Positions 1-9,738 of a stretch of 64,000 nt of DNA are shown one piece after another. Below the pieces are notes generated by a model, which worked only from the letters and a program-made list of their open reading frames with translations, made no database searches and was not told the origin of the DNA. Origin of the DNA: an uncultured Acidimicrobiia bacterium (lineage in GTDB: Bacteria; Actinomycetota; Acidimicrobiia; Spongiisociales; UBA5794); the NCBI GenBank assembly GCA_963753185.1, contig CAVWBO010000007.1, positions 1,537,140-1,601,139 on the forward strand, given 5' to 3'. The position numbers and the translations under genes were made by a program. Numbering within the stretch: the stretch's first letter is position 1; each line of letters opens with the position of its first letter.

Positions 1-1213
1 CTTCCCGACGACGCTGCTGGAGTCGACATCCGGCGCCCGCTCGGGAACGGGAGATGGGCTCGAGGCCATTCTCAACGAGGAGGAGCTCTTTGCCGGCGAG
101 GTCGAGGCGGCAGCGCAGGCGGGGCGCATCGGACTCATCGTGGGCTCCATCGCCCTGATCCTGATTGCCGGAGGGCTGGGCTTGATCACCTACCTCCGCT
201 ACGGCAGGGAGCCGAAGGTCGACTACGACCGGGAGTACGAACAGTCGCCCCCGACCGACCTCACGCCAGCCGAGGTCGGAGCCCTCCTGTCCCAGGGCGA
301 CGTCACCGAGAAGGAATTCACGGCGACGTTGTTCGACCTGATCCGGCAAGGCGCCATCGACGCGGCCCCGACGCAGATCGAGCGCAGCACCTGGGCGGGT
401 CTGCGGAAGGAGACCATCACAGACCTGGAGCTCAGCCTCGGGACGAAACAGACCGGTCTGCGAGACTTCGAACAGTCGGTCATGACCGTCGTTCGAAGGG
501 TCCTTTCGGAAGGTCCGCAACCCCTGACGGAATTCCGAGACCGGATCCGTGACGACGCCGCTGCGAACGCATCGACCTATCAGACGTACCGGGCAGAGGT
601 TCTCGACGCCGTCAAACGCTCCGGCATGCTCGACACCTCGGGGAACGTCGCAGCCTTCCTCACCGTCCTCCTTGCGGGCATCCTCGCCGCGGCCGGGTGG
701 TTCTTCCTGCCCGGTGCGCTTGGGAGCCGACCCGGTGGCGGGACCATGGCGTTCCTGATCGTGTTCGGAATGGTCCTCGGGACGCTGTTGCTCAGTGCGT
801 TCCTGCTCTTTCGGCGAGTCCGCGTCAAGCGATCCAAAGCGGGTGCACTCGAGGCAGCGCGGTGGTTCGCGTTCAAGCGCTACCTCTCCGACTTCTCGCG
901 GCTCGAAGAGGCGCCGGCAATCTCCCTCGCGCTGTGGGATCGGTTCCTCGTCTATGCGATCGGGTTCGGGGTTGCCTCGGAGGTGCTGGCACAGGCGAGG
1001 CTCCACGCACCACCCGAACTTGAAACGACGTCGTCGATCTACTGGTACGGCACATACGGCTATTCGGGTGGCCACACCGAGAACGCGTTCTCCGGTATCG
1101 AGTCAGCCCTGTCTGGTGCCTTCACCCCTCCATCATCCAGCGGCGGAGGAGGGGGAGGCTTCTCAGGCGGTGGCGGCGGTGGAGGCGGCGGTGGAGGCGG
1201 CGGCGCGTGGTGA
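1..1213 (+). CDS. DUF2207-family membrane protein, C-terminal part. The ORF is open to the window start, so it is 5'-partial.
   Basis: The reading frame runs with no stop from nt 2. It has TM helices, a W.FKRYLSDFS...LW.RFLVYA motif, and the glycine-rich GGGGGGFSGGGGGG...AW C-terminal tail typical of DUF2207 and TPM proteins. Confidence 0.6.
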   Translation, partial: FPTTLLESTSGARSGTGDGLEAILNEEELFAGEVEAAAQAGRIGLIVGSIALILIAGGLGLITYLRYGREPKVDYDREYEQSPPTDLTPAEVGALLSQGDVTEKEFTATLFDLIRQGAIDAAPTQIERSTWAGLRKETITDLELSLGTKQTGLRDFEQSVMTVVRRVLSEGPQPLTEFRDRIRDDAAANASTYQTYRAEVLDAVKRSGMLDTSGNVAAFLTVLLAGILAAAGWFFLPGALGSRPGGGTMAFLIVFGMVLGTLLLSAFLLFRRVRVKRSKAGALEAARWFAFKRYLSDFSRLEEAPAISLALWDRFLVYAIGFGVASEVLAQARLHAPPELETTSSIYWYGTYGYSGGHTENAFSGIESALSGAFTPPSSSGGGGGGFSGGGGGGGGGGGGGAW

Positions 1214-1255
1214 CGGGAAAGGCCCTCGCGGCCTTCAGGTGAACCGCGACCACGG

Positions 1256-2449
1256 TCAGGAGAAGGCCGCGTGCCCCGTGATCGCCTGGCCCATGATGAG
1301 CTGGTGGATCTCGTTCGTGCCCTCGTAGGTGAGGACGGTCTCGAGGTTCAGCAGGTGCCGGATGGGCACGTACTCGAGGGTGATGCCGTTTGCACCGTGC
1401 AATGACCGCGCCTCCCTGGCGACCGCGAGAGCTTCGCGTGTGTTGTCCATCTTGCCGAACGACACCTGGGCCGGTGCGAGGGTTCCGGCGTCCTTCATCC
1501 GCCCCAGATGGAGGGCGAGCAGCGTCCCCTTCTCAACGCGCACCATCATCTCGACGAGTCGCTGCTGGGTGATCTGGAACCGTGAGATCGGACCGCCGAA
1601 CGCCTCTCGCTCACCCGTGTATGCGAGGGATGCCTCGTAGCACGAACGGGCAGCGCCCATCACACCCCAGAGGATCCCGAAGCGTGCCTCCGAGAGGCAG
1701 GACAGGGGCCCCCGCATCGACGCAACGCCGGGGAGGGCGGCATCGCCAGGCAGCCTGACGTCCTCGAGCACCAGCTCTGCCGTGTTCGAGGCGCGGAGCG
1801 ACATCTTGTGCTTGATCGCGTTCGCTCCGAATCCCGGTGTGTCCGTCGGAACGACGAAGCCTCGGACGGTGCCGTCGTCGGCACGTGCCCAGACCACCGC
1901 GACGTCTGCGATGTTGCCGTTGGTGATCCACATCTTCGTGCCGTTGATGATCCAGTCGCCACCGGCATCCTGTTTCGCATGGGTCCGCATGTTCGCGGCG
2001 TCCGAACCAGAATCCGGTTCGGTCAGGCCGAAGCACCCGACAAGGTCCCCTGCCGCCATGCCCGGCAGCCACTGCTGCTTCTGCTCCTCGGAGCCATAGG
2101 CCCAGATCGGGAACATGGCGAGGGACCCTTGGACGCTCATGAACGACCGAACGCCGGTGTCACCTGCTTCGAGTTCGAGCGCGGCGAGGCCGTACTCGAC
2201 AGCCGACGTTCCCGCGCATCCGTACCCCTCGAGGTGCATACCGAGGAGGCCGAGGCCGCCCATGTCCTTGGCAAGGGACTTCGGGAGCGACCCCTGCTCG
2301 AACCACTCGGCGATATTCGGAGCGATCTCCTTGTCCACCCATGACCGCACCGTGTCGCGGATCATCTTCTCCTGCCCGTCGAGCTGATCGGAGATGGCGA
2401 GGAAGTCGTGCGGATCGATGCGCAGCTTCGAGGTGTCGGCGTGGCTCAT
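1256..2449 (-). CDS. Acyl-CoA dehydrogenase (glutaryl-CoA dehydrogenase-like)
   Basis: The 398-aa product starts MSHADTSKLRIDPHDF and has a full ACAD fold (GLTEPDSGSD ... YEGTNEIHQLIMG). The track ORF extending to 3583 is an antisense read-through of the E1alpha gene. The real ATG is at 2449. Confidence 0.85.
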   Translation of the reverse strand: MSHADTSKLRIDPHDFLAISDQLDGQEKMIRDTVRSWVDKEIAPNIAEWFEQGSLPKSLAKDMGGLGLLGMHLEGYGCAGTSAVEYGLAALELEAGDTGVRSFMSVQGSLAMFPIWAYGSEEQKQQWLPGMAAGDLVGCFGLTEPDSGSDAANMRTHAKQDAGGDWIINGTKMWITNGNIADVAVVWARADDGTVRGFVVPTDTPGFGANAIKHKMSLRASNTAELVLEDVRLPGDAALPGVASMRGPLSCLSEARFGILWGVMGAARSCYEASLAYTGEREAFGGPISRFQITQQRLVEMMVRVEKGTLLALHLGRMKDAGTLAPAQVSFGKMDNTREALAVAREARSLHGANGITLEYVPIRHLLNLETVLTYEGTNEIHQLIMGQAITGHAAFS

Positions 2450-2581
2450 CGGGGGGTGCTCCGTTGGCTCGGGGTCGATGGATCGAATGCTACCGACCCC
2501 AAGACGGCTGGGTTCGAGCTCGGTGACGCAGTGCGGCCCGATCACGCCGTGATCACGGCGAACACCCGTAGTATCGGCCCG

Positions 2582-3607
2582 ATGGACCAGATCCTCGGCC
2601 CCGACGGGGTCCTCCGACGCACCCACTCGCTCGCGATGGACGAGATCGTCGGCCTCTACGAGGCGATGGTCATCGCCCGCCAGTACGACCACAAGAGTGT
2701 CTCGCTCCAGAAACAGGGCAGGCTCGCCACCTATGCGCCTTTCGAGGGGCAGGAGGCCGCGCAGATCGGTGCGGTCGCCGCCCTCGAGCCGAGCGACTGG
2801 CTTGTCGCCACGTACCGCGACGCGGCGGCGATGTGGTACCACGGCTATCCGATGGAGGCGCTCTTCCTCGGGAGGACAGGCGACGAGCGAGGTGGGTCCC
2901 CACCGGACGGCGTTCCGATCCTCCCGCCCTCGATCACCGTCGGTGGCCACATGATCCACGCGGTCGGGCTTTCGTGGGCAGAGAAGCTCAAGGGCACATC
3001 GGTTGCAGCGATGACGATGTTCGGAGATGGTGCGACCAGCGAAGGCGACTTCCACGAGGCGATGAACTTTGCAGCCGTGTACGAGACCCCGACGGTGTTC
3101 CTGTGCCAGAACAACGGATACGCCATCAGCCTTCCGATCGAGCGACAGACGCGCTCGGAGTCCATAGCGGCCAAGGCCGCCGCGTACGGCATGCCGGGTG
3201 TCCTCGTCGACGGCAATGACCTCCTCGCCGTCCACGAGGCGAGTTTCGCAGCACTCGAACGTGCCCGCTCGGGTGGTGGGCCGACGCTCATCGAGGCGCG
3301 GACCTATCGGATAGGGCCACACACGACGAACGACGATCCGGGCCGGTACCGGAGCGAGGAGGAGGAAGCGGCGGCGAGAGCCGCCGACCCGCTCGTGCGG
3401 GTCCGCATCCTCCTCGAGGCGAATGAAGCCTGGGACGATGCTCGACAGGTCCTCACCGAGGAGGCAGCGGGCGTGACTGTCGACGGAGCGATCGCCGCCG
3501 CCGAGGCGCTCGCCGTCCAGGGGATCGACGACGTGTTCGGAGCCATGTTTGCCGAACGCACCATCCAGCTCGACGAACAGCACGACGAGGCGTCGAGATG
3601 GCGGTGA
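2582..3607 (+). CDS. 2-oxoacid dehydrogenase E1 component alpha subunit (branched-chain keto acid or pyruvate dehydrogenase type)
   Basis: It contains a TPP-binding E1alpha core (FGDGATSEGDFHEAMNFAAV...LCQNNGYAIS). An in-frame GTG at 2549 is an alternative start. Its end overlaps the E1beta start. Confidence 0.85.
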   Translation: MDQILGPDGVLRRTHSLAMDEIVGLYEAMVIARQYDHKSVSLQKQGRLATYAPFEGQEAAQIGAVAALEPSDWLVATYRDAAAMWYHGYPMEALFLGRTGDERGGSPPDGVPILPPSITVGGHMIHAVGLSWAEKLKGTSVAAMTMFGDGATSEGDFHEAMNFAAVYETPTVFLCQNNGYAISLPIERQTRSESIAAKAAAYGMPGVLVDGNDLLAVHEASFAALERARSGGGPTLIEARTYRIGPHTTNDDPGRYRSEEEEAAARAADPLVRVRILLEANEAWDDARQVLTEEAAGVTVDGAIAAAEALAVQGIDDVFGAMFAERTIQLDEQHDEASRWR

Positions 3608-4578
3608 GGAACCTCGCCCAGGCGATCACCGACGCGCACGATGTCGCGCTCGGAGCCGATGACCGCGTCGTCGTGCTCGGCGAGGACGTCGGCGTCAACG
3701 GGGGCGTGTTCCGCGTCACCGACGGCCTCCTCGAGGCATACGGCCCGAACCGTGTCATCGACACGCCGGTCGCAGAATCAGGGATCGTGGGTGCGGCGTT
3801 CGGGATGGCGATCGCCGGCCTGAGGCCGATCGCAGAGATCCAGTTCATGGGGTTCTCCACGCCTGCGTACGACCAGGTGATCAACCACGTATCGCGTATC
3901 CGCAACCGCTCGAGGCACAGGTTCACGAGCCCGCTCGTCCTCCGGATACCATACGGCGGTGGCTTCGGTGCCGCAGAGCACCACTCCGAATCCTGGGAAG
4001 CGCTCTACGCCCACATACCGGGACTGAAAGTCGTCACGCCGAGCACACCGCACGATGCGAAGGGGCTGCTCCTGGCTGCTGTCGAGGACCCCGATCCCGT
4101 TGTGTACCTCGAGCCCATTCGCCTCTACCGCTCCGTGAAGGAGGAGGTCCCGGAAGGCCATTACACCGTCGAACTCGGCACGGCAGCGATCAGGTCGAGT
4201 GGAAGCGATGTCTCGCTGATCACCTGGGGTGCCATGACGAAGGAGTGCCGCGCGGCGACCGAGCAGCTCCTCGAGGAGGGCATCTCTGTCGAGCTGATCG
4301 ATGTTCGATCGCTCGTGCCCCTCGACACGGACACCATCGTCGAGTCGGTCACGCGGACAGGCAGGGCCGTGATCGTGCACGAAGCGCCTCGCACCGGGGG
4401 TTTCGGCGCCGAGATCGCGGCGATCATCTCCGAACGCTGCCTCTATTCGCTGCTGGCGCCGGTACGGCGCATCACCGGGTGGGACACGGTCTTCCCGCTC
4501 AAACGCAGCGAGCACATCTACCTCCCGTCGGTCGAACGCATCGTCACGGCCGTCCGTGACTCGCTCGAGGACGGCTGA
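3598..4578 (+). CDS. 2-oxoacid dehydrogenase E1 component beta subunit
   Basis: It has a transketolase-like E1beta signature (VVLGEDVG...GGVFRVT, IDTPVAESGIVG, PYGGG). Its stop overlaps the E2 start as TGATG. Confidence 0.9.
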   Translation: MAVRNLAQAITDAHDVALGADDRVVVLGEDVGVNGGVFRVTDGLLEAYGPNRVIDTPVAESGIVGAAFGMAIAGLRPIAEIQFMGFSTPAYDQVINHVSRIRNRSRHRFTSPLVLRIPYGGGFGAAEHHSESWEALYAHIPGLKVVTPSTPHDAKGLLLAAVEDPDPVVYLEPIRLYRSVKEEVPEGHYTVELGTAAIRSSGSDVSLITWGAMTKECRAATEQLLEEGISVELIDVRSLVPLDTDTIVESVTRTGRAVIVHEAPRTGGFGAEIAAIISERCLYSLLAPVRRITGWDTVFPLKRSEHIYLPSVERIVTAVRDSLEDG

Positions 4579-5807
4579 TGGCGAACGTCTTCAGACTCCC
4601 CGATATCGGAGAGGGCCTCACCGAGGCCGAGATCGTCGAGTGGCTCGCCGCCGAGGGTGAGGCGGTGACGGCCGACCATCCACTCGTCGTCGTAGAGACC
4701 GACAAGACCCAGGCCGAGCTCCCCGCACCGATTTCGGGCACCCTGCTGCACCGTGGAGCGCGCGAGGGCGACATCCTCGCCGTTGGCTCGATCCTCGCCG
4801 TGATCGGTGAACCTGGCGAGGAGTGGGACGCAACCGCCAGTGGTCCAGGCGCCGGATCGAGTGACCATGTGCCCGCGCCGGAGGGTGGCGCTGCGGTGCC
4901 GGTGAAGAGCGCCAGGCCCCCGGCCCTGCCCGTCGTTCGTCGAGCGGCCAGGGACGCGGGCGTCGACATCGCAGCGATCGCCGGATCGGGACCCGACGGT
5001 AGGGTCACGCGGGCCGACCTCGCAGCGCACCTCGATCTTCACCGGAACCAGATGGTGGCGGTGGATCGACCCCCGCTCGTCGGCACACTCGACGAAGCTG
5101 CCGAGGACCTCACCTCGAATCCGTCGGTACCGAAGGACGGTCCGGGGTCGACCATCCGTCTGTCGCCGACCCGTAGGGCGATCGCCGCCAGGCTCTCCCG
5201 ATCATGGAGCGAGATACCCCACGTCACGACGTTCGACTCCTTCGATGCCACAGCGCTCCTGGCGCTCCGAAGGGAGTTGTCGGCCACGTCGGGGAGGTCG
5301 ATTCCCCTCGAGGCACTCATCATCTGGGCGGTCCTGCCCATCCTCACCGAGTACCCGGAATTCAACGCCACCCTCACGGGTGACGAGTTGACCCTCCATT
5401 CCCGCCATGACATCGGCATCGCCGTCGACGGCGCCGACGGCCTTCTCATCGGCGTGGTCCACGACGCCGATGGATCGACGATCACAGAACTGTCCCTGAC
5501 GATCGATCGGCTCGTCTCGACCGCGAGGAATCGATCCCTCACACGGGAAGATGCCACCGGAGCCACGTTCACGATCTCCAACATCGGAGCTGTCGGAGGC
5601 GGCTACGGCACCCCGATCATCCCGCTCGGCACGACGGCGATCCTTTCCATCGGGCGGGCCGTCGACACGGTGGTGGCTCGAGGAGGAGAGATGCTGATCG
5701 CACCGATGGCTCCTCTGTCGCTGTCGTATGACCATCGTGTCATCGATGGCGCCCTCGGGAGGTCGTTCATGGCCCGTGTGGTCGATCGGCTGACCGATGC
5801 CTCGTAG
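4578..5807 (+). CDS. Dihydrolipoamide acyltransferase E2 component
   Basis: It has an N-terminal lipoyl domain (ETDKT), an E3-binding domain and a catalytic domain containing SLSYDHRVIDGA. Confidence 0.9.
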   Translation: MANVFRLPDIGEGLTEAEIVEWLAAEGEAVTADHPLVVVETDKTQAELPAPISGTLLHRGAREGDILAVGSILAVIGEPGEEWDATASGPGAGSSDHVPAPEGGAAVPVKSARPPALPVVRRAARDAGVDIAAIAGSGPDGRVTRADLAAHLDLHRNQMVAVDRPPLVGTLDEAAEDLTSNPSVPKDGPGSTIRLSPTRRAIAARLSRSWSEIPHVTTFDSFDATALLALRRELSATSGRSIPLEALIIWAVLPILTEYPEFNATLTGDELTLHSRHDIGIAVDGADGLLIGVVHDADGSTITELSLTIDRLVSTARNRSLTREDATGATFTISNIGAVGGGYGTPIIPLGTTAILSIGRAVDTVVARGGEMLIAPMAPLSLSYDHRVIDGALGRSFMARVVDRLTDAS

Positions 5808-5958
5808 GAACCTGGGCCCGAGCCGTCCTGGCGGTGCAGGCGACCGTACCGTCGATTCCACCACGCGTTACGCACGGTGACCAGGCAACCGCGAGCGGTG
5901 GTCGCAATGAGTCGTACGACCCATGGGACTGGATGGGAGCGTTCCGTAAGATCGTGCC

Positions 5959-6158
5959 ATGATGGAACGGGTCAACACATTCACATACAGGCTTGCGGCA
6001 CGGTGGCACGCGATCAGGGCGAATGACAACGGGGCCTCGATGGTCGAGTACGCGTTGCTCGTCGGACTCATCGCAGTCGTGGCGCGATCGTCGCTGTGAC
6101 ATTCCTCGGGACACAACTCAGCGCCGAGTACGACGATATCGCGAGCAGCATTCCCTGA
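5959..6158 (+). CDS. flp: Flp/Fap type IVb pilin, apparently frameshifted. The intact frame stops at 6099.
   Basis: This small ORF is absent from the track. It reads MMERVNTFTYRLAARWHAIRANDNG/ASMVEYALLVGLIAVVA and carries the Flp G-x4-EY prepilin motif. After a GCGCG run near 6084-6087 the reading shifts by 1 nt. The shifted frame continues IVAVTFLGTQLSAEYDDIASSIP*, which is a normal Flp C-terminus. Confidence 0.5.
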
Positions 6159-6211
6159 GTCGACTTCGCGTTCGATGCCACTTCACGCGAGCGTCGACCA
6201 GCCGAGTCTGT

Positions 6212-6439
6212 TCAGTCGAGGTCTTCTGCGACGTCTTCCAATGCGTCGCGGGCTCGTTCGAGGTCCTCGACCCGCACCATCACCCGCGCCCCGCCGCTGA
6301 GGGCGGTCAAGGATGGAATCACTCCTCCGGCGTCATCGCTGAGAACCTTCGCATCGATTCCCACCGACGCGAGGTGCGCGACGGCCAGGCTCGCAGCGAA
6401 GGCGGATCCGAACGACGCAGCTTCGACGATGTCATCCAT
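6212..6439 (-). CDS. DUF2007-like small protein (putative signal-transducing protein)
   Basis: It contains two short beta-alpha-beta repeats (ASFGSAFAASLAVAHLASVGIDAKV...GGARVMVRVEDLERARDAL). The start was chosen at the internal Met, because the track start at 6490 would abut the divergent gene. Confidence 0.45.
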   Translation of the reverse strand: MDDIVEAASFGSAFAASLAVAHLASVGIDAKVLSDDAGGVIPSLTALSGGARVMVRVEDLERARDALEDVAEDLD

Positions 6440-6531
6440 GTCGTGGAGCGTACCCGGACCCGAGCGATCCGGCTCCACACTGGTCCCCATCCATGGGGGC
6501 GCTCGACGGTACCGTTCGGTCGAGGAGATCG

Positions 6532-7146
6532 ATGTCGAGCACCGCCATGTATGAAGTGATCGGGTACGCAGGGTCCATCCTGGTCGTCATATCGCTCTCC
6601 ATGAGCTCGGTTGTCAAGCTCCGAGTCGTGAGCCTCGCAGGGTCATTCGTGTTCGGTGCCTACGGGTTCCTCATCGGGTCCATCCCCATCGTGGTCACCA
6701 ATATCGTGATCGCTGGCCTCAACGTGTGGCACCTCGCCAGGGAACTCAGAACGCTCGACGTTCTCGGGGTGGTCGTGGTCGACGCGGCCGACCCCTTCCT
6801 CGCCAGCTTCATGGACCACCACCACGGGGACATCGAGTCCCATGCGACCACCGACATCTCGCGTGCAGACGTCTACTTCGTCATGTTGCGCGACACGACA
6901 CTCGCCGGGGCGTTCGGAGGTCGGAGAGTCGGAACGGACGAGCTCGAGATCGTCCTCGACTACGTCGCCCCACCCTTCAGGGATCTCCGGTCCGGCGAAT
7001 GCCTGTACGCGGACAATGGACGCCGATTCGCAGATCTGGGTTTCCGCACCCTGACCATGCGGGATCCCGATGCCAGACACCTCGACTATCTCGAGGCCAT
7101 GGGCTTCGAGGAGCAGGAAGGTGTGTTCGTCAAGCATGTCGGATGA
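6532..7146 (+). CDS. Hypothetical membrane protein with an N-terminal 2-TM segment and a C-terminal soluble domain
   Basis: The ORF shows periodic codon usage and hydrophobic helices. No family was recognised. The start is uncertain; candidates are 6493, 6532 and 6547. Confidence 0.4.
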   Translation: MSSTAMYEVIGYAGSILVVISLSMSSVVKLRVVSLAGSFVFGAYGFLIGSIPIVVTNIVIAGLNVWHLARELRTLDVLGVVVVDAADPFLASFMDHHHGDIESHATTDISRADVYFVMLRDTTLAGAFGGRRVGTDELEIVLDYVAPPFRDLRSGECLYADNGRRFADLGFRTLTMRDPDARHLDYLEAMGFEEQEGVFVKHVG

Positions 7147-7732
7147 CGACTCCCTCGTCCACGACGCGGCACTGAGCCCGATGCGTCCTTCGGATCCGCC
7201 GACCGACTACCCGCGCGAACTCGAGCAGTGGACAGACCTCCCCGGTGGAGAACGGATCTTCATCCGTCCCATCCTTCCGGAAGACGTCGCCCGGATAGCG
7301 AACGCGTTCGAACATGCGGACATCGACACGATCCGTCGCAGATTCTTCACCGCGGCACCTCCGACGGATCGCGCACACCTCGAATACCTCGCGCGTGTCG
7401 ACTACGTGAAGAGGCTTGCGCTCGTCGCCATGGACTCCAACGGCGACTCCGTCGGAATCGGGCGGTACGAGACGACGGCTGACGGCAAAGCCGAGGTCGC
7501 GATCGTCGTCGCACCGACGTGGCGCAGGCTCGGAGTGGCGACAGCGCTCCTCCTTGCACTCGAGGCTCCTGCGATCTCCCACGGAATCGACGCCTTCCAT
7601 GCGCTCTACCTGCCGGAGAACACGTCGGTCGAGAGACTGCTCGTCGGCCTTGGATACGGTGATCGCCGCGTCATCGACGGCATCGCCGAGCTCGTCAAGC
7701 CACTGACCGATACGGGTACCATCGCCGAGTGA
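7136..7732 (+). CDS. GNAT family N-acetyltransferase
   Basis: It has an acetyl-CoA binding motif (RRLGVATALLLALE). The ATG overlaps the upstream stop (ATGTCGGATGA). Confidence 0.7.
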   Translation: MSDDDSLVHDAALSPMRPSDPPTDYPRELEQWTDLPGGERIFIRPILPEDVARIANAFEHADIDTIRRRFFTAAPPTDRAHLEYLARVDYVKRLALVAMDSNGDSVGIGRYETTADGKAEVAIVVAPTWRRLGVATALLLALEAPAISHGIDAFHALYLPENTSVERLLVGLGYGDRRVIDGIAELVKPLTDTGTIAE

Positions 7733-8509
7733 TCGTCTCGTCCCTCGTCGCAGCCCTCGACGACAGGTTCCCATTCCAGGGTGCGGCCTCGTGGGATCCG
7801 GTCGGTCTCCAGGTCGGGTCGGCGGATGCCGACGTCGGCCCCGTCGCGGTCTGTCACGAGGTGACCGAGCGCCTCGTCGATGCCGTCGTCGACGGGGACA
7901 TCACCACGGTCGTCACCTACCACCCGCTGCTGTTCACCCCCACGGCGCGCATCGTCGCTGGGCCGACACCCGAGGGCCGAGTGCTGAGGCTGGCAGCGCG
8001 CGGCGTCTCCGTTGTCGTCATCCACACCGCGCTCGACACAGCGAGCCCCGGCACCGCGGACTTTGCGATCGCGGATCTCGACTGGACGACGTCTGGCACC
8101 TTCGGTGCCGTCGAGGATGACGGCCTCCACATCGGGAGGGTCGCAACCCTCGATGACGAGATGACGACCGGCGACCTCGCTGGTCTGCTTTCCGGACCGC
8201 ATGGGCGTCGCAATTCGTGTGGCCGACGCAGGTCGACCGATCCGTTCGGTCGCCGTCCTCCCCGGCTCTGGTGCGAGCTTCCTCGAAGCTGCGGTGCTCC
8301 ACGGCGATGCGATCATCACGGGGGATGTGTCCCATCACCGTGCCATCGCAGCGCGCGATGCGGGTCTGACCGTCCTCGACGTCGGGCATAGCGCCACAGA
8401 ACGCGCCGGTGTGGGAGCGCTGTACGCTGCTGTACGCGAGGTGGTTCCCTCCGCGGTCCACCTCGCCGACGATCCGACCCCCTGGGAGGCCATGACGTGG
8501 AACAGCTGA
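7729..8509 (+). CDS. Nif3-family dinuclear metal center protein (GTP cyclohydrolase 1 type 2 homolog), frameshifted
   Basis: The N-terminal 155 aa (MIVSSLVAALDDRFP...HTALD) and the C-terminal 100 aa (MGVAIRVADAGRPIRSVAVLPGSGAS...GHSATER) lie in two different frames. They join near 8194-8200 at a GGACCGC run, consistent with a 1-nt insertion. A GTGA overlap links it to the GNAT gene. Confidence 0.75.
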
Positions 8510-9207
8510 CGAGCCTCGCTGACCTGCTCGATCTGCACGACATCGACCTCCAGATCGACCGGTTGCTCGAAGAGCGCGGCTCCCTCGCCGAGCTGGCCCT
8601 GTACAAGGATGCACACGAACAAGTGCAGGAGCTCGAGGCAGCCCTGTCCGAGGCCAGGAGCCAGCTCAAGGCTGCGGAGCTCGGCCTCGATCGAACGAAC
8701 GGTGAACTCGAGATCGCTGCCAACAAGGCAGCGTCCGAGCAGAACCGCCTGTACGCGGGAGGCATCTCCGCCCGCGACGCGGACTACCTCCGTCGGGAGG
8801 TCGACATGCTCTACGCACGGGTCAAGGGCCTCGAGGACGGTGTCCTCGAGTACATGGAGGCCAGGGAGGTCGCAGGGAAGACGGTCGACGAGCTCGAAGC
8901 CTCGCTGGCCGAGCTCGTCGCAGAGAAGGATCGCCTCGGTGCCGTCATCCAGGACCGATGGAGGCTCATCGACAAGGAACTCGCCGTCAAGGAGGGTCGC
9001 AAGGCCGCCGCGGCGGAGCTCGTCGACGAGTACCTGATGGAACTCTATGACGACCTCCGAGCGCGCCGAACAGGCCGCGTCGTGGCGCGGCTCACGGACG
9101 CGACCTGTGGTGCGTGTCACCTGAGGCTCTCCGCCGCAGAAGCGGCGAGGGTCGTCAGGGACGACCCGCCAAGGTGCATCCATTGCCAGGCGATCCTGGT
9201 CATCTGA
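8497..9207 (+). CDS. COG1579-type coiled-coil zinc-ribbon protein, the conserved Nif3 partner
   Basis: It has a long coiled coil followed by a C-terminal C4 ribbon (CGACHLRL...CIHCQ). It starts at a GTG that overlaps the Nif3 stop. Confidence 0.75.
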   Translation: MEQLTSLADLLDLHDIDLQIDRLLEERGSLAELALYKDAHEQVQELEAALSEARSQLKAAELGLDRTNGELEIAANKAASEQNRLYAGGISARDADYLRREVDMLYARVKGLEDGVLEYMEAREVAGKTVDELEASLAELVAEKDRLGAVIQDRWRLIDKELAVKEGRKAAAAELVDEYLMELYDDLRARRTGRVVARLTDATCGACHLRLSAAEAARVVRDDPPRCIHCQAILVI

Positions 9208-9210
9208 TCC

Positions 9211-9738
9211 GTGCTGTTCTGGCATGTCGGCGCCACGGTCGCGTTCATCCGATATGCGTTCCGGGATCCGAACATGGATCTCCGCTTCCTCGCCCTTGGA
9301 GCCGTGCTTCCTGACCTGATCGACCTTCCGATCGGTATCGCGATGTGGGACACCTACGGCACTCCCAGGCTCGGTGCTCACTCCTTGCTCTTCGGTGCGA
9401 TCGTGATGGTGGCCGTACTCTTGGCGACCAGACGGGGACCGCGTCGGAAGCAGTGGATGCTCCTCGCCGTCGGTGTCCTCATGCACATCCTGCTGGATGC
9501 GCTCTGGCGGCAGCCCGAGACGCTGTGGTGGCCCTTCCTCGGATCCAGCTTCGCCACGAGCGGTTTCGACTCGTACGCGGCTTACGTGCGCGACCTCCTG
9601 GCGAGCCCCACGATGTGGGCCGGAGAGCTCGTGGGTCTGGCGTATCTGGTGTGGCTGGGTCGTCGGTCGGGACTCGGGAGTCCCGACGCGCGCTCACGCC
9701 TGCTCTCGACAGGCGTGGTTTCAGCTCGGCTCGACTGA
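9211..9738 (+). CDS. YdjM/DUF457-family membrane-bound metal-dependent hydrolase
   Basis: The motifs LPDLIDLP, GAHSLLF and HILLDALW...LWWP match the YdjM pattern. Confidence 0.7.
   Translation: MLFWHVGATVAFIRYAFRDPNMDLRFLALGAVLPDLIDLPIGIAMWDTYGTPRLGAHSLLFGAIVMVAVLLATRRGPRRKQWMLLAVGVLMHILLDALWRQPETLWWPFLGSSFATSGFDSYAAYVRDLLASPTMWAGELVGLAYLVWLGRRSGLGSPDARSRLLSTGVVSARLD

Noticed and set aside
2450-3583. Upstream extension of the 775-aa minus-strand ORF 1256..3583
   Set aside because: Only the 3' 398 codons (1256..2449) encode the acyl-CoA dehydrogenase. The extension is antisense to the E1alpha gene and is an open-frame artefact of high GC.
8335-9486. 383-aa minus-strand ORF
   Set aside because: It is antisense to the COG1579 zinc-ribbon gene and the YdjM-like gene. 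It has no recognisable domains.
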